From NCBI GenBank assembly GCA_052327205.1, contig CM126233.1, positions 36,146,001-36,210,000 on the forward strand: 64,000 bases of DNA. Reading direction: 5' to 3'. Below, in pieces: positions 22,261-34,224 of this stretch. Source of the DNA: Somniosus microcephalus. Lineage: Eukaryota. The notes beneath the pieces are model-generated. The model saw nothing but the letters and a program-made list of their open reading frames with translations, was not told the origin of the DNA and did no database searches. Positions within the stretch are counted from its first letter, which is position 1; each line of letters starts with the position of its first letter. Both the position numbers and the translations under genes were made by a program.

Positions 22261-24473
22261 AAAAGTTTAAGATTTTAAACATATCAATAGTCCAACACAC
22301 ATTTTGAGAAATGGGGGATAAAGGTGTGTGTGTGCCTATAAACACAACTCCCTCTCCCTTTCTTTAACCAACATAAGATGTTGGTATTTGGTCATAAAGT
22401 TGGTAACAAGTCATCGGGATCTGGAGAGCTCAAATCACATTGAGCCTGGTCAGCAAACACACACTGTGCCAATTTATCCCCGAGAGACCAGTGACAGATC
22501 ATGGAGAAAGGGAGTCACTTTACTGAAAGTGTACAAGCAGAGCTCACTTTGAGAGAGCAAAGAGCCATTTCCCTTCTGACTGACAGACTGTTAAAGCTAA
22601 AGCAAATATCAGTTCTAACATCATGCAAGAAACCCTGCAAAAATGCATTAGTATTCACTGTAATGAAGTTGTCACAGCCAGTTAGTAATCGAAGTGCATT
22701 TAGGTTGTGGTTCTACCAAGCCACTATAAAAATAACAATTACTTGTGTAGCCTAGCAGTACTGTGCATGTAACACTGGCAGTGATTTGGCACCTGTATTG
22801 GTCAATCATAAGAATTAATACAGCCTGAATGTGAAACTGCCCAGTTCCACTGTGCACCAATGACCTCTACTCCCGGCCAATTCTATCCCCTCAAAACAGT
22901 TCATATCTTGCAGTTAGTGCTTCACGGAAGGATTCACGTCTAAGCCTCTTTCATATAAAACCCACCAATATCACAACTTTCCCTGTGCCGTTCTTGCCCA
23001 ATGACTGCTACTCTTCAAACCAAAGCCCAGATTCTCAAGAGTTCCAACCATCTGTCCATCAAATATCTTGTTTGGTTCAGTTGACTTGACTTTATTCTGT
23101 ACTACAGCCTCTAATCACCCTCCACACCCAGGGGCAGCTTTTCTTGTCTATCTGTGTCTCTAGTCAATACTATGGCCATGATTCCTCTGAACTTTCCGGT
23201 CTTGCTCCTCCAAAGCTGCAAATACATATTCTTTTTACTCACAGCCGTCTGATCCTGGGAAAGCACGTTAAACTTCACACCTACTTCAGCCTCCCTTCCT
23301 TTCTTTCCAAACTTGGAGTCATCTAATTACTAGTTCTCAAGTGACCTTATTTTCTCAAGTCTTTGTCAAGTCAGTGTTCAGCATTGAACCGTGGCCTTTC
23401 ACCTAGATTTTGTTAAGAAAAATTCTAAAAGCTAAAACACTAATGAACTGATTTAACATTTAAATGCTGGCCTTGCCAGCGACGGCCACATCCCATGAAC
23501 AAATAATTAAAAAAAAAAAAATCATTGCTTACGCGACATAACATGGCAATGACTGCAAGGTTAACATAACTATATAATCTGATGCGTTGGTTTCTAATCT
23601 TAGAGTCAAGTATTACAGTACGCTCTATGGGACGAAAGGTCCAAATTCTAGTAGTAATTTAACCCAGTTAGCACAAATGCTGATACTGGCACTTTTAAGA
23701 TTTAATACTTGTAAATCTTTCAGAACTATACAGAGCATAACCTCAAATTAGAGTTTATTAATAAATGGTCTTTTCTTTTTTATCCTTTCCCTTCACCCCC
23801 AATCACTCCACAAAACTCCATTCTTGGCTTTTTACAACCAGGTATGCAAAGGCCTCTTTACATGGGGAGCGTCAGCACCAGTCAGTCAGTCAGCCTGCAA
23901 CAGATAGGCCAATGACGGTGCAAGATGACCTCTGAACGACTGAGGCGCAACACGTAATTTGTGCAAGACACAACATAAAAGCCCAAGCAAAAACAATTCA
24001 CAACTCGGCAGCCAATGTGAGTGAGGTGCCACTATAAGCGTCTACTAACCACCGAAGGTTACCACTAGTCATTCAGGCTGGTAACTTTACAGAAAGTCTT
24101 CACTAAACTCTGTCCAAAGTTATGTCAATTTCATAGAATTAATTTGAAAGAATTTCCATTCATTAGTCATTTAATTCCGGATATATTTAAAAAGCCAACA
24201 ATTAAAAATAGGAGCACAAACCAAATCTGGAACTGCTCTCCCCTGGAGTCAGAATTATTTAACTTTCTGCTGTGTTTAGCACTATACAAATATCCATTAG
24301 ATATTCGTTCTGTAATACCGTGTTTTTTTTTGGGGGGGTGGGGGACAGCTTAAAGCTTTTCTTAATATATATTTGTAATTATTTGCCAGTTCCTGCTTGT
24401 AGAGGGCGCTCAGAGACAGAAAACTCCATCGCTCTTGCTAAATTCAATCCTCTGCTTTTTTTTGCTTACTCAC

Positions 24474-24599
24474 CCGCACACACTTGCTGAGAGTTCAGTG
24501 TCTTGCAGTTGGCGGGTAGCGAGACGTTGGTCAATTTCAGCTGGCTGTGGTTAGCCGGTGCCGTACCATACAGAACCAGTGTGAACTGTCGGAGGGTGC
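24474..24599 (-). CDS. FURIN: Furin coding exon (exon 15 equivalent)
   Basis: 126 nt, AG/GTGAGT; TLRQFTLVLYGTAPANHSQLKLTNVSLPANCKTLNSQQVCA(E). Confidence 0.94.
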
Positions 24600-24849
24600 C
24601 TGAATAGATAAACGAACGCACGTTTCTGTATTACAAAAAATTCTGCTACACATTGTTAGAAGCAGGCACGTTAAACAGTGACAACTAGGGCTGGAATAAA
24701 ACGACAAGAGATAGAGTGCAAAGACACTTCAATTTTTTGAAAATACAGATCAGGCCGAGTCAGCATCTGGAAGACAGCAGGCGAAGAGGAGAGACCAGTT
24801 TGGGTGTGGCCCTTTAATAGAACATTTTCCATGAAGGGTCACCACAAAC

Positions 24850-25212
24850 ATTAAGCTATCTTTTCTTGTCTGGATCCAGATCAAACTAGTTTTGAAAACT
24901 ATGAAGGGTTTAAAGGGGGTAAACAGTGAAAGATTGTTTCTGCTGGTTGGTGAGTCAGCAACATGGGGGTATAGATTGAAGATCATCACTAGGTGAATGA
25001 AGGAGGTAGTTGGAGAGATGTTTTCACATGGAGTATCATTAGGACATGAAATGTACCACAAGTGGCTATTGAGGCAGAAACAAGATTATCTAAAAGTGAA
25101 CTACATATTGGAAAAGAATATTAAAGGGTATGGGGAAAGTAGAGAAGAGGGATTACAGTAGCTGTTCCAACAGGCACAATCGCCTCCTTCTGTACTGCAA
25201 TTCCTATGATTC
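24850..25212 (+). mobile_element. Old CR1 3' fragment
   Basis: aagggtttaaag..gtaaacagtgaaagattgtttc..ggtgagtcagcaacatggggg and a cctccttctgtactg tail. Confidence 0.6.
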
Positions 25213-25278
25213 ACACATGGCCATTGGGGATGGGGTTTTTAGACTAGGTTATTTAATGCCAATTTTGGAAACACAAAC

Positions 25279-25403
25279 CATAATTATTTGCACCAGACGT
25301 ATTCTCCAATTCCAGAACCCATTCTCCTGATGGATTTTCATCCCATGAATGTGTAGTCATGAATGCCCAGTCAGTAAATCCCTCAGATGAGTAATCACGC
25401 TGT
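25279..25403 (-). CDS. FURIN: Furin coding exon (exon 14 equivalent; P domain)
   Basis: 125 nt, AG/GTTTGT (weak donor); QRDYSSEGFTDWAFMTTHSWDENPSGEWVLELENTSGANNY(G). Confidence 0.96.
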
Positions 25404-25704
25404 CTGCAGGAGATAAAAAACACAATTGTAAATTAGTACAAGCCCTTATGGTTCTTTCATCCCAAAATACCAATGGCATTATTTTCTTTTTTCTCTGCCC
25501 CAAAGGAAATAAATTGTTTTTTAAATAATTGTATGCATTCATTATTTCACTTTTGAAAGTATACTATGCAATGCTTCATATCCCCTCCCAATTTTACTCC
25601 TCACCATGCAAAAATCAGCATTCCACATACAACGGGTAAAGTCTATGCTCTATTGCGGAGTAAAACTCAGCAGGCCAGGGCAGCTTCTGTGGAGAGAGAA
25701 ACCG

Positions 25705-25741
25705 AGTTAATGTTTCAGGTCGAAGACCTTTCATCAGAACT
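25705..25741 (-). ncRNA. Minimal type I hammerhead ribozyme motif (furin pre-mRNA sense strand)
   Basis: Minus strand reads AGTT-CTGATGA-A-AGGTC-TTC-GACCT-GAAAC-ATT-AACT. Confidence 0.6.
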
Positions 25742-25858
25742 GGAAAAAAGCAGGAAATGGAAAGCAAGCTTAGGGGCTGGGAAAAGGAGGGGTCATCCCC
25801 TCCCCCTCCCCCTTTTCCCAGCCCCTAAACTTGCTTTCCATTTCCTGCTTTTTTCCCC

Positions 25859-25895
25859 AGTTCTGACGAAAGGTCTTCGACCTGAAACATTAACT
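25859..25895 (+). ncRNA. Minimal type I hammerhead ribozyme motif
   Basis: AGTT-CTGACGA-A-AGGTC-TTC-GACCT-GAAAC-ATT-AACT: conserved core, 5-bp stem II, stem I AGTT/AACT and a loopless stem III with one mismatch. Confidence 0.6.
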
Positions 25896-27298
25896 CGGTT
25901 TCTCTCTCCACAGAAGCTGCCCTGGCCTGCGGAGTTTTTCCGGATCTCCAGCATCCGCAGTATTTTGCTATCGCTCTATTGCTGAGTAATGGACAGGGAC
26001 AGAACGGGTGTAATTGTGATCTCCTGAAATCCAGCTCCTAGATCCCATTGAGCAAGAATTTAGGGCAGTGCTGTAGCCTCCTTCTGTCCTTGCAAGTCCA
26101 GGAGGTAAGAATCAAGGACTGTAAGTCATGGTCCCTCGTATCAGAGGCCAAATGCTACAGTAATTAAAGCGCGGGCTCCACATCAACAAGTAGATTCAAG
26201 TTTACTCTCTACAAAACATTGATAGAAAGACTCTCAAGATTGCCCCTGCAGTGCTCGGTCCAATAACTTGCTCTATTTACTCTGACAAAATGGGATGTAG
26301 GCCAGAAACTCCTTAATCACAAGGATCCCACATATCAGATTTACCCTCCTTGAACACCTCCCCTAAAAGTCAAACTCCTATAAACAGGATGACTCAGCTC
26401 ACCTTCACTCTGGGAAGGCTAAAATTTCTTTTATTTTAAATTACCAAAATAATTGGCTTGCTCTGATTATTTGTTTCAATTAAGCAACATTTGTATGTTT
26501 ACTTCTTTCTAGAGAGACAGGGTTCCAGCAATAGTCAGAGCTTTTAAAAAGAGCTGCATTTTCTGGAAAATGGAAACCAGCCCAATATTTCACAACATAT
26601 TTATAAACGCAAGCTCCATTAGCAAGACTTCTTCAAAATACTTTACAGTAGCACAGACTCGACACCAGTACAGTCACTTACTTTTCAGCTGCCATTGTTC
26701 TTGGCTTCTAACCCAGTGACATAATTTAGTAAAATGAGGTGTGGTACACATGGCGCCAGTGAGCGAGCTTTAGAGTGACTGTGGGGACTGAATTAAGGTA
26801 GTGGGAGTGGTACTCATGTGTACTGCCTCGTCAGTTTTGGTTGTGCCAGCAACGCTCACCCTAGTCAGGTGGGATGGAGCATGCTCCAGGTGACTGGCTT
26901 GCAACTTTAGACATGCCAGCCACCAGCAGCGAGCCAGTGATTGGGGACTGGATTTCTCATGGTTCATTCTCAGCAAATACATCATTCTCTCCCACTCCAC
27001 TATCTTCCACGGAGCCTTAATTGACCATGTTTGGGGAAAGGGGAGAAGAAAGTGGGTTATCCAGCCACCCCCACCCCAGGTTGCAATACTACAACAGATT
27101 GAACTTCAAACTCCTCTCGGTCAGATACAAATGAACAAAATGGAGTCAAACACAGAAAGACACTTAAAAAAAACACTACACATTATAGAATTGAGCGCTG
27201 ATTTCCATTATTCACAGGATATTATTCATAATTTTTGTGCAATTTATTCTCATGTCTTTTGAGTTACAGATTTCACCGAGTGATTAGAAACTTCATAC

Positions 27299-27478
27299 CT
27301 TGGTGCCAAAAGAGTTGATCTTGTCCCCATGGGGCTGGTGAGGTATATAGCCAAGTCTCCACGCCTGTTGTATGATAGTGTGATTCTTGCCTGCACATGT
27401 TCCAAGGACTGGATAAAATTTGAACTTTCAAGGCACGCATCAACCCTTTTCCGTATCTCTAATCGTTTACCAATATCC
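27299..27478 (-). CDS. FURIN: Furin coding exon (exon 13 equivalent; P domain, RRGDL)
   Basis: 180 nt, AG/GTATGA; DIGKRLEIRKRVDACLESSNFIQSLEHVQARITLSYNRRGDLAIYLTSPMGTRSTLLAPR. Confidence 0.97.
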
Positions 27479-27697
27479 CTAAAAAGATAAGTTGTACATC
27501 AGACCTGCAGAAATTCCTGAGCTCTGTGAAATATGCAAATGAAGTGTCACAATATCCATTTAAATCATCCATTAGCATGCAGAGTATAAACAAGATCAGT
27601 CAGTTGGGGCCCGGGGCCTCATAGGGCCTATGCAGGGCCAGCAATCTGCTGCGGTGCAAATCCCAGCTTGAATCCTGCATATCTCAGCTTCGCCCTG

Positions 27698-28078
27698 CTG
27701 GTAGAACTCTTGTATTAACATCAGACCGTTGTTGTTTCAAGCCCCACTGTAAGTCTTGAACACATAGGCTGACACACTAGTGCAATATTGGGGGAGAGTG
27801 CCGTATTGTCAGAGGAGTCATCCTTCAGATGAGCCGTTAAACAGAGATCCCACCTGTCTGCTCTGTTGTTTCAGGTGGGCTTTAAAAGATCCCACAACAC
27901 TGTTCCGAGAACAGCAGGGAGTGTCCGAGTCAACATCCCCTCCCCAAACACCACCAGAAACAGATTAGCTTGACATGCACCCCTTGCTGTGTGCAAACTG
28001 GCTTAAGTATCAACTCACTACATGAAGTGCTTTGGAACATTTGAGAGATGTGCTCGACAGTGCAAGTCTTTGCTTCAC
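27698..28078 (+). mobile_element. Deu-domain SINE (SacSINE1-like)
   Basis: tRNA head (TGGTAGAACTC..TTCAAGCCCC), Deu core CAGATGAGCCGTTAAACAGAG..CAGGTGG..AAAAGATCCCA and a tail. Confidence 0.75.
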
Positions 28079-29427
28079 TTACTGTGTTTAGCGTAAATTG
28101 CTGCTTGAATACTGCATTTTTACTTCCAGTCCTGGAGGCAGGTAGCAGTCACCAACATAGAGAACAAGAACGGTAGCAGCACATTCACTGCACAGACGAG
28201 TGGGAGCAGGACAGAACGGCCAGTGTGGAAAGCATAAAGAAAAGGGTAGAGGAATGCCAAAAGCGAGACCCGGGCAGAGGGACAACTACAACAAGCCACT
28301 TGCCCAAGTCACTAAGTTTTGTAGTTAAGAATTCTGCACACCAGGGGTGCTGGCCATATATTCTTCATCTTAAGGATGAAGTAGTACATACAGCTGGTAG
28401 CCTTTTGATCAGCAAGTCAAAACATCTGGTCAATGGAAAGCTTAAGACAGCCATTAGTGATAAAATATATAAGCAAACACATTTCCATGTAACATAAAGC
28501 AAATTAAATTCCCCAAATCACTGCTGAAAGTATGTGGTACACGATCACTTCTGGCTCAAACCACAGTTAGATTGCAGAAGCCAGCAGACCTGTAGGACAG
28601 TAAGCTCTTTGTCAACATGGAGAGTTTAAAATTAAGTTGAAAAGTTTGCTTTGCACTGGTTGCAACGATACTAGATGGTGCGAAGCTGAAGATGTATGGC
28701 TCTATCCCCCACAAAAAATGGTCCAACCAACTTCACTCCCGAGTTATAGTGCACAGCCTGAGTCAACACAAAACACAAAACCAAATCTAAATGTACACTC
28801 TCGGGAGCCGCAAGCCTACATTTCGTTGTACTGCACTTGTGCACCAACAATGACAATAAAGTTGATTATGATTATGTATAGAACAGGCAGGTAAGTTTAT
28901 TTAAACTTTCCTATCCTATTTCTACAGCCACGCTACAAACTCAGTCATCAAATTCCCATTACGTTGAATTCTCAAGAGGATATTCCTACATTCTTGACTT
29001 GCCGTTTCAATTGACGTCATGCTTTAATGATTATAATCTACTGTAAAGACTCCAGGCTTCACCTGCCAAGACACTAACAGTAGCTCAGTCATACACTGCA
29101 AATTGGATTAATGCGTTTTTAATGAAAATTATACTGATTAGATTATCCATATCACAGATACCAAAACATCTGCTGGCAAAATCCAGCAGAAGAGCGAATA
29201 GCGGTTTCAAAACCATCACCCAACTACTGCATCTGATGTTCCACACACTGCATGTATTTACATATATGCCCAGAAATTGTGCGGATATATTACTGTATAA
29301 ACACAATTTATCTGATGAAATTATGTTATTTTAACAGATGTTAATGCACTGGCACTCTTTAAAAAGTGGACAACGAAATTTTAAACAATGACGTTGGGTT
29401 CATATATCGCACAACAGAGTTAAGGGT

Positions 29428-29612
29428 ATGGTGGTATAGAGGTAATTAGCAATCCAGAGGCCTCGACTAATGATCCGTGGTTGACTCTTAACTGCCCTCG
29501 CAAGCCACTCAGCTGTATTCACCACCACCACCACCTTCGTGGGCAATTAGGGATGGGCAATAAATGCTGGCCTTGCCAGCGACACCCACAGCCCGTGAAT
29601 GAATAAAATAAA
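29428..29612 (+). mobile_element. tRNA-SINE fragment sharing its 3' tail with the LINE at 6585-8083
   Basis: GTGGTATAGAGGTAAT..AATCCAGAGG head remnant and GGCAATTAGGGATGGGCAATAAATGCTGGCCTTGCCAGCGAC..GAATGAATAAAA tail; tail-only copy at about 23461-23520. Confidence 0.7.
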
Positions 29613-31399
29613 CTTAGGTTACGAGTCACCCTCTCATGGTGCTGCACATGGAGAGTCAAGACCAAGTGTAGTCTTCAGGTGAAATGGGTAAGAGTCTGGG
29701 GCACACAGACATAATTCAGTCCCCAGTCAAAGTTACACAGTCTGCCCCTATTTTTATATTTCCATTATAAATTCCTATGTCCTCATTAATAAATGGAAAC
29801 GGGCCACGTAAACATGTCACGCTATAATTGCACCCTCTCGGCAGGGGGGGGCACTGAATAACCATCAGCAGCAGCAATCCTGGCCAATTTTCCCCTCCCT
29901 AATTTGAGGGGTTTTGGATGAGATCTGCTAATGAGACACAGGCCAAGTATCAAACCTGGGATCTTCCTGGGCTTCGCCGTTCACCTACTCTCCAGCTTAG
30001 TGACTTAAAAAAAAGTATTTGATATTTTTTCCTCCTTCAGATTAATCCAATAGAACCCAAAGTTTACATTCAAATACTCCAGACAGAATAATTTAAATGA
30101 GCAGAATAAGCTAGTAAAATGGTCAAAATGCTTCTGGGAAAAGTGTTTCGCAATAAAGAAATAATAGACTGGCTATTAAAGCCAGTGCTCAGGTTTACAT
30201 TTTTTTAAAAAAAATATTCCTGAATAAAAGTGTTTTGGCAAAAGCAACAAGAATCGTGGCAGATCTATTGCACACAGGTAATAGACAATTGTCCCTTCAT
30301 TAGAAACAGGTTATCAGCCAAGTCAGTAGCTTTAAAAAAAAATATACACACAGAGCTCACACACCAGCCTTTAACCTTGCTACTACACCGACAACCACAG
30401 TCCTGTGGTAACTGATCTGTTAGACACCCTGTCGCCACAAAAGACCATTCATTCCATGACCTGATTCAGCACAACTAGCAGTTATCCACAGACACATGAA
30501 ACCTAATTATGGGATACCCGGCACCAAAAGACATCAGGTACCAATTGTCAATTTCTTTTGGCTTCCGTGAATAAACTTTATAGTCAGACAGTTTTTTCAA
30601 AAAATGAAAATGCCACTTGGCTAAACATTCATTTACATCATGAAGCCTCAGGGTCATGCGCGAGTTGGTGACTTCACTTCTTGGCCACAAAACTGGCAGC
30701 ACAACTCAAGTCAGCTCGCGTGCCGACGTCAGGGCAGCGGTGAGGGGAGCGGCCCGTCTCGTCTCACACAGCTTCGACTGCACATTGCATGGGGCACGAC
30801 TCCAGTGCAGCGTCCAGCCTAGTTTCTAAACTGCTCAGGGGGTATGTCGGAGCCACCGGCACTTCAAGAACTCGTTTTGAGCGTGCCAACACTCCCCCTT
30901 GCACTCTTTCCAGCCCAGAACTGAGCCGTGTGCATGCATGGAGGGGTCTGTGGGACCAGATTCACAGCACGACAATATAAACAAGGTGCTGCCAGTTATG
31001 AATCGATGAGAAACTTTTGGGGAGGGGGGAAATAAAATCTAGTTTAAAAAAAAAAAAAACTTTTGGTGAAGGCTACAGTAGCAATTCTACAGCAACTTAG
31101 AATCTGCAAAGCTAGAAATCATCTCTGGTTCAGAGACATCGCTGCTTTAGCCTTTAAAATGGCTAGTTCAATGACAGCAGGCAATTTAATACGAAGAATA
31201 TTCAATAAATAACTCAACTACACACCCAATGACCAAAGACTGCTCAGCTGAACGGTTTAATTAATTTGATGCCAGAGATAAATACGGTTTGATTTTAACC
31301 AATCTAGGCTCGAGAAAGACAAACCTAGATTTAAACTGTTGATGCTGTGAATCAAAGTTACACAACAGTGAACAGAACTGATCTCTCACATGGGAAGAG

Positions 31400-32110
31400 G
31401 GACGGTACTTCTTATGGATGGTCAGTATTCTGACCAAATATCCTTTCGACACGTGAGCCTGGACAGTAAGTGTTGATGAGCTACTTGACCACTGAGGGAT
31501 GGGGGAGGGGGAACAGCAGTCAAGTCATGTCATGACACGGTAGCAATCAGGAGCAGAATGGGAAATGTTTGCTTTTCTAGGCTGCAAACACCAAGGTCAA
31601 ATATGCCAGCCCAGATAAGATTGGCTAACGTAGGTCAGGGATCAAAAATGGCTCATTATCATACGAAGCAGTGTCTTTACCAACAGTGCCACTGGGAAAA
31701 CTTTGAACCCTGGGATTTAAATAACAAAAAATTAAAGATGGATAACAGTGTGCACCCGTTATTAAATCAGACACAAAGCAGGTTTTCAAAGCTTTTCCTC
31801 ATAGCTCTTCTGGTTATGGTAGCGAGTAGCTGATTCCTGCACATCAAGTTTGATCCTTAATCCGAGCTGAAATGATTTAACTCAACTGGGCCTGTAGTTG
31901 GGGCGCAACTGATCTCACCACCACAGGTTTAGGGAGGGGAATCAGAGTTCTTGCGCTTGGTTGCTATCCTGCAGCCCTGATGGAAAGTGTGTGTGTAGAC
32001 ATCAGGCGAGGACAGGATTGGGCATGGCTGGGACATCCTCCAAGATCGAATACCTCATTGAAACTTACTGTCAAGTTTGACAGGTGGGTAGCCACTAGGC
32101 CGAAGTACTG
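31400..32110. mobile_element. Two AmnSINE2-like SINEs in opposite orientation (31400-31700 minus; 31800-32110 plus)
   Basis: gtgagcctggacagtaagtgt..gcaatcaggagcag in the minus copy; tggaaagtgtgtgtgtagacatcaggcgaggacaggattgggc in the plus copy. Confidence 0.6.
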
Positions 32111-32112
32111 GG

Positions 32113-32268
32113 GGACCCCCAGCACGAGGGAAACAGGCCCCCCCCCCACCCCGAGGGAAACCCTCCCCCCCTCCCCCCCCGCCAGCACGAGGGAAACCGA
32201 CCCCCCCCGCCCAGCACGAGGGAAACCGCCCCCCCCCAGCACGAGGGAAACCGCCCCCCCCCGCCCCA
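32113..32268. repeat. C-rich minisatellite, (C)n-AGCACGAGGGAAAC, about 5 units
   Basis: CGAGGGAAAC recurs five times, separated by C runs of variable length. Confidence 0.9.
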
Positions 32269-32491
32269 AAAGAGGGAGAAAACTGGTGGAAAAGGGAGGG
32301 GAAGAATCGTTCATGTAAATCAGTGGAAATTTATTCACAAACATCCCATTTTAGACACATTGCAATCCATACGGATAGGAACAATGAAGATAAGGATGAA
32401 CAATGAAGATAAAGACAAATAATGTCAAATTATGGCAGAACTCTGCCTGCAAATTTACAAGAGAAATCCTGACCAAAGAAGCTTCACTTAC

Positions 32492-32609
32492 TTTGGCTCA
32501 GAGGTGATAACAATGACACATTTCCGCTGATCTCCAAAGCTTGTCCAGTTCTTAGCTAATGCAACCATAGCTCCAGCATCAAGTAGCCCATACCCATAGG
32601 AGTGACTGA
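32492..32609 (-). CDS. FURIN: Furin coding exon (exon 12 equivalent)
   Basis: 118 nt, AG/GTAAGT; (V)SHSYGYGLLDAGAMVALAKNWTSFGDQRKCVIVITSEPK. Confidence 0.97.
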
Positions 32610-33059
32610 CTGGAAGAGAAGGAGGAAATAGCTCAGTAACAGATCGTGGCAATATTCCGGTCTGTTTTTGACAACAAGATTGTTTCAGGCCTTTTGTAAT
32701 ACTTTGAACACGATCCATAGCACAACTGCAAAGCAGCTGGAGGAGGGGGGTGGGAGCAAACAGAGGGGAAAAAAGAAAAACAGGATAGGAGAGTAAAGAG
32801 AAAAATCAGTCCTAAATATATCTACCCTTTATTGTCTGACAATTCGAAAGGATTCAAGTTGAAATTTTGTCTCCAGCACTGGTAAAGGAGTGGAAAATGC
32901 TGAAGGGTTAGCAGGTAAAGGACAGGACACCCATCAAATCTCTCATTCTGTCTGCGACATCCTAATTTATGCAGTAGAAAAAAAACCCAACAGGTTTGTT
33001 CTAACTGCCATTTTGTTCAGATGCTTTGGCTTTCTCTCGGTCTCCAGTGAGTGAAGGTA

Positions 33060-33275
33060 ATACAACAACTATTTGCATTTATATAGCACCTTTAACTTAG
33101 TCAAAATGTCCCTGGGTCCTTCACTGGAGCGATCACCTAACAAAATTTGACACCGAGCTGCAGAAGTAGACATTAGGACAGGTGACCAAAAGCCTGGTCA
33201 AAGAGGTAGGTTCTGAAGAGCCTCTTAAAAAGGAGAGAGAGGCGGAGAGGTTTGGGGTGGGAATTCCAGAGTTTA
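33060..33275 (-). mobile_element. L2 LINE 3' end
   Basis: ttgcatttatatagcacc...ggtgaccaaaagcctggtcaaagaggtagg; same family as 38878-39085 and 40310-40555. Confidence 0.75.
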
Positions 33276-33844
33276 TACAAAATCAATACAATATTATATG
33301 GAGGCAAGGTCGCCCAACATCCACAGAGCATGCAAAAAGCATTCACCGAACCTATAGGGTTCTCATCAACATGCTAACAAAAAGATGTACAGGTCTCAGC
33401 AAACCACAATTATAAGGCATTGAGTGGAGAAAAGATTACACAAGATTAAATTCTATAGACTACAGAGAAGGCAGTTATGGACAACCTCATCAAAATATAG
33501 ATTAAGCAGTAAAAGCAGAAAATTTATTCAAATTAAGCCAGGAAAATAGAACTAGTGAACAAACATTGACATTTTCTTTTCATTAATTTCAAACAGGGAT
33601 CAGGAAGAACTTCATTACTCATTGACAAGTATATGCAATAACCTGCCAGGCTTAATAATAGAGGCAAAAATGCTGGGAGTTGTACAAGTTACAGCTGGAT
33701 GCTGTGATAGGAGAGTTAGGGGACCACAGGGATAAGCTTCGATCAGCTGAATGGCATTTTCCTTTGCCCCTCATTTTTCTTTGATTTCCAGATGAGTCTC
33801 AACACGAGATGCAGGCAGACAAATCAAACAGTTGCTGTCGTTAC

Positions 33845-33948
33845 CTTTGCGGCCGACACCATTTGTAATCCAGTCGTTAGTGGAGAGGTGGGACGGTTTG
33901 GATGTCCGTACTACAAGGTGCTGCATGTCTCGCCAGGTCAGGTTTTTA
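33845..33948 (-). CDS. FURIN: Furin coding exon (exon 11 equivalent)
   Basis: 104 nt, AG/GTAACG; KNLTWRDMQHLVVRTSKPSHLSTNDWITNGVGRK. Confidence 0.97.
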
Positions 33949-34224
33949 CTAGGGAAGGAAAGAAAAAAAATATTTAATAAATGGTATGAGATTTTCAGCA
34001 TCACTAGTTACATGGCATGCAATTTTCAACATAATCATGCTTCGATTTCAGATTTTAAAAAAAATGACTTAAATGGCAAAGGACAGCAAAACCAATGCAG
34101 ATTCGTTTTTACTTAATTGGGTCCAGTATAGACCTTCCTCAAGCTACACTGCATTTCTGCTCATCTTTATCTGCACCGACACTGATCTTGTACAAAATCA
34201 CATCTGCAGAAATTCAAACTTAAG

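Larger units (their letters stand above)
25664..25972. mobile_element. Fold-back Penelope-type mini-element with a 17-bp TSD
   Basis: Near-perfect inverted repeat from 25662-25787 to 25811-25938; flanking direct repeat GCTCTATTGC(G/T)GAGTAA at 25647-25663 and 25973-25989. Confidence 0.8.

Noticed and set aside
25566-25985. 139-aa plus-strand ORF
   Set aside because: It runs through the palindromic repeat, has no recognisable domain and is antisense within a furin intron.
31964-32344. Gly-rich and Pro-rich ORFs on both strands
   Set aside because: They are products of the C/G-rich minisatellite.
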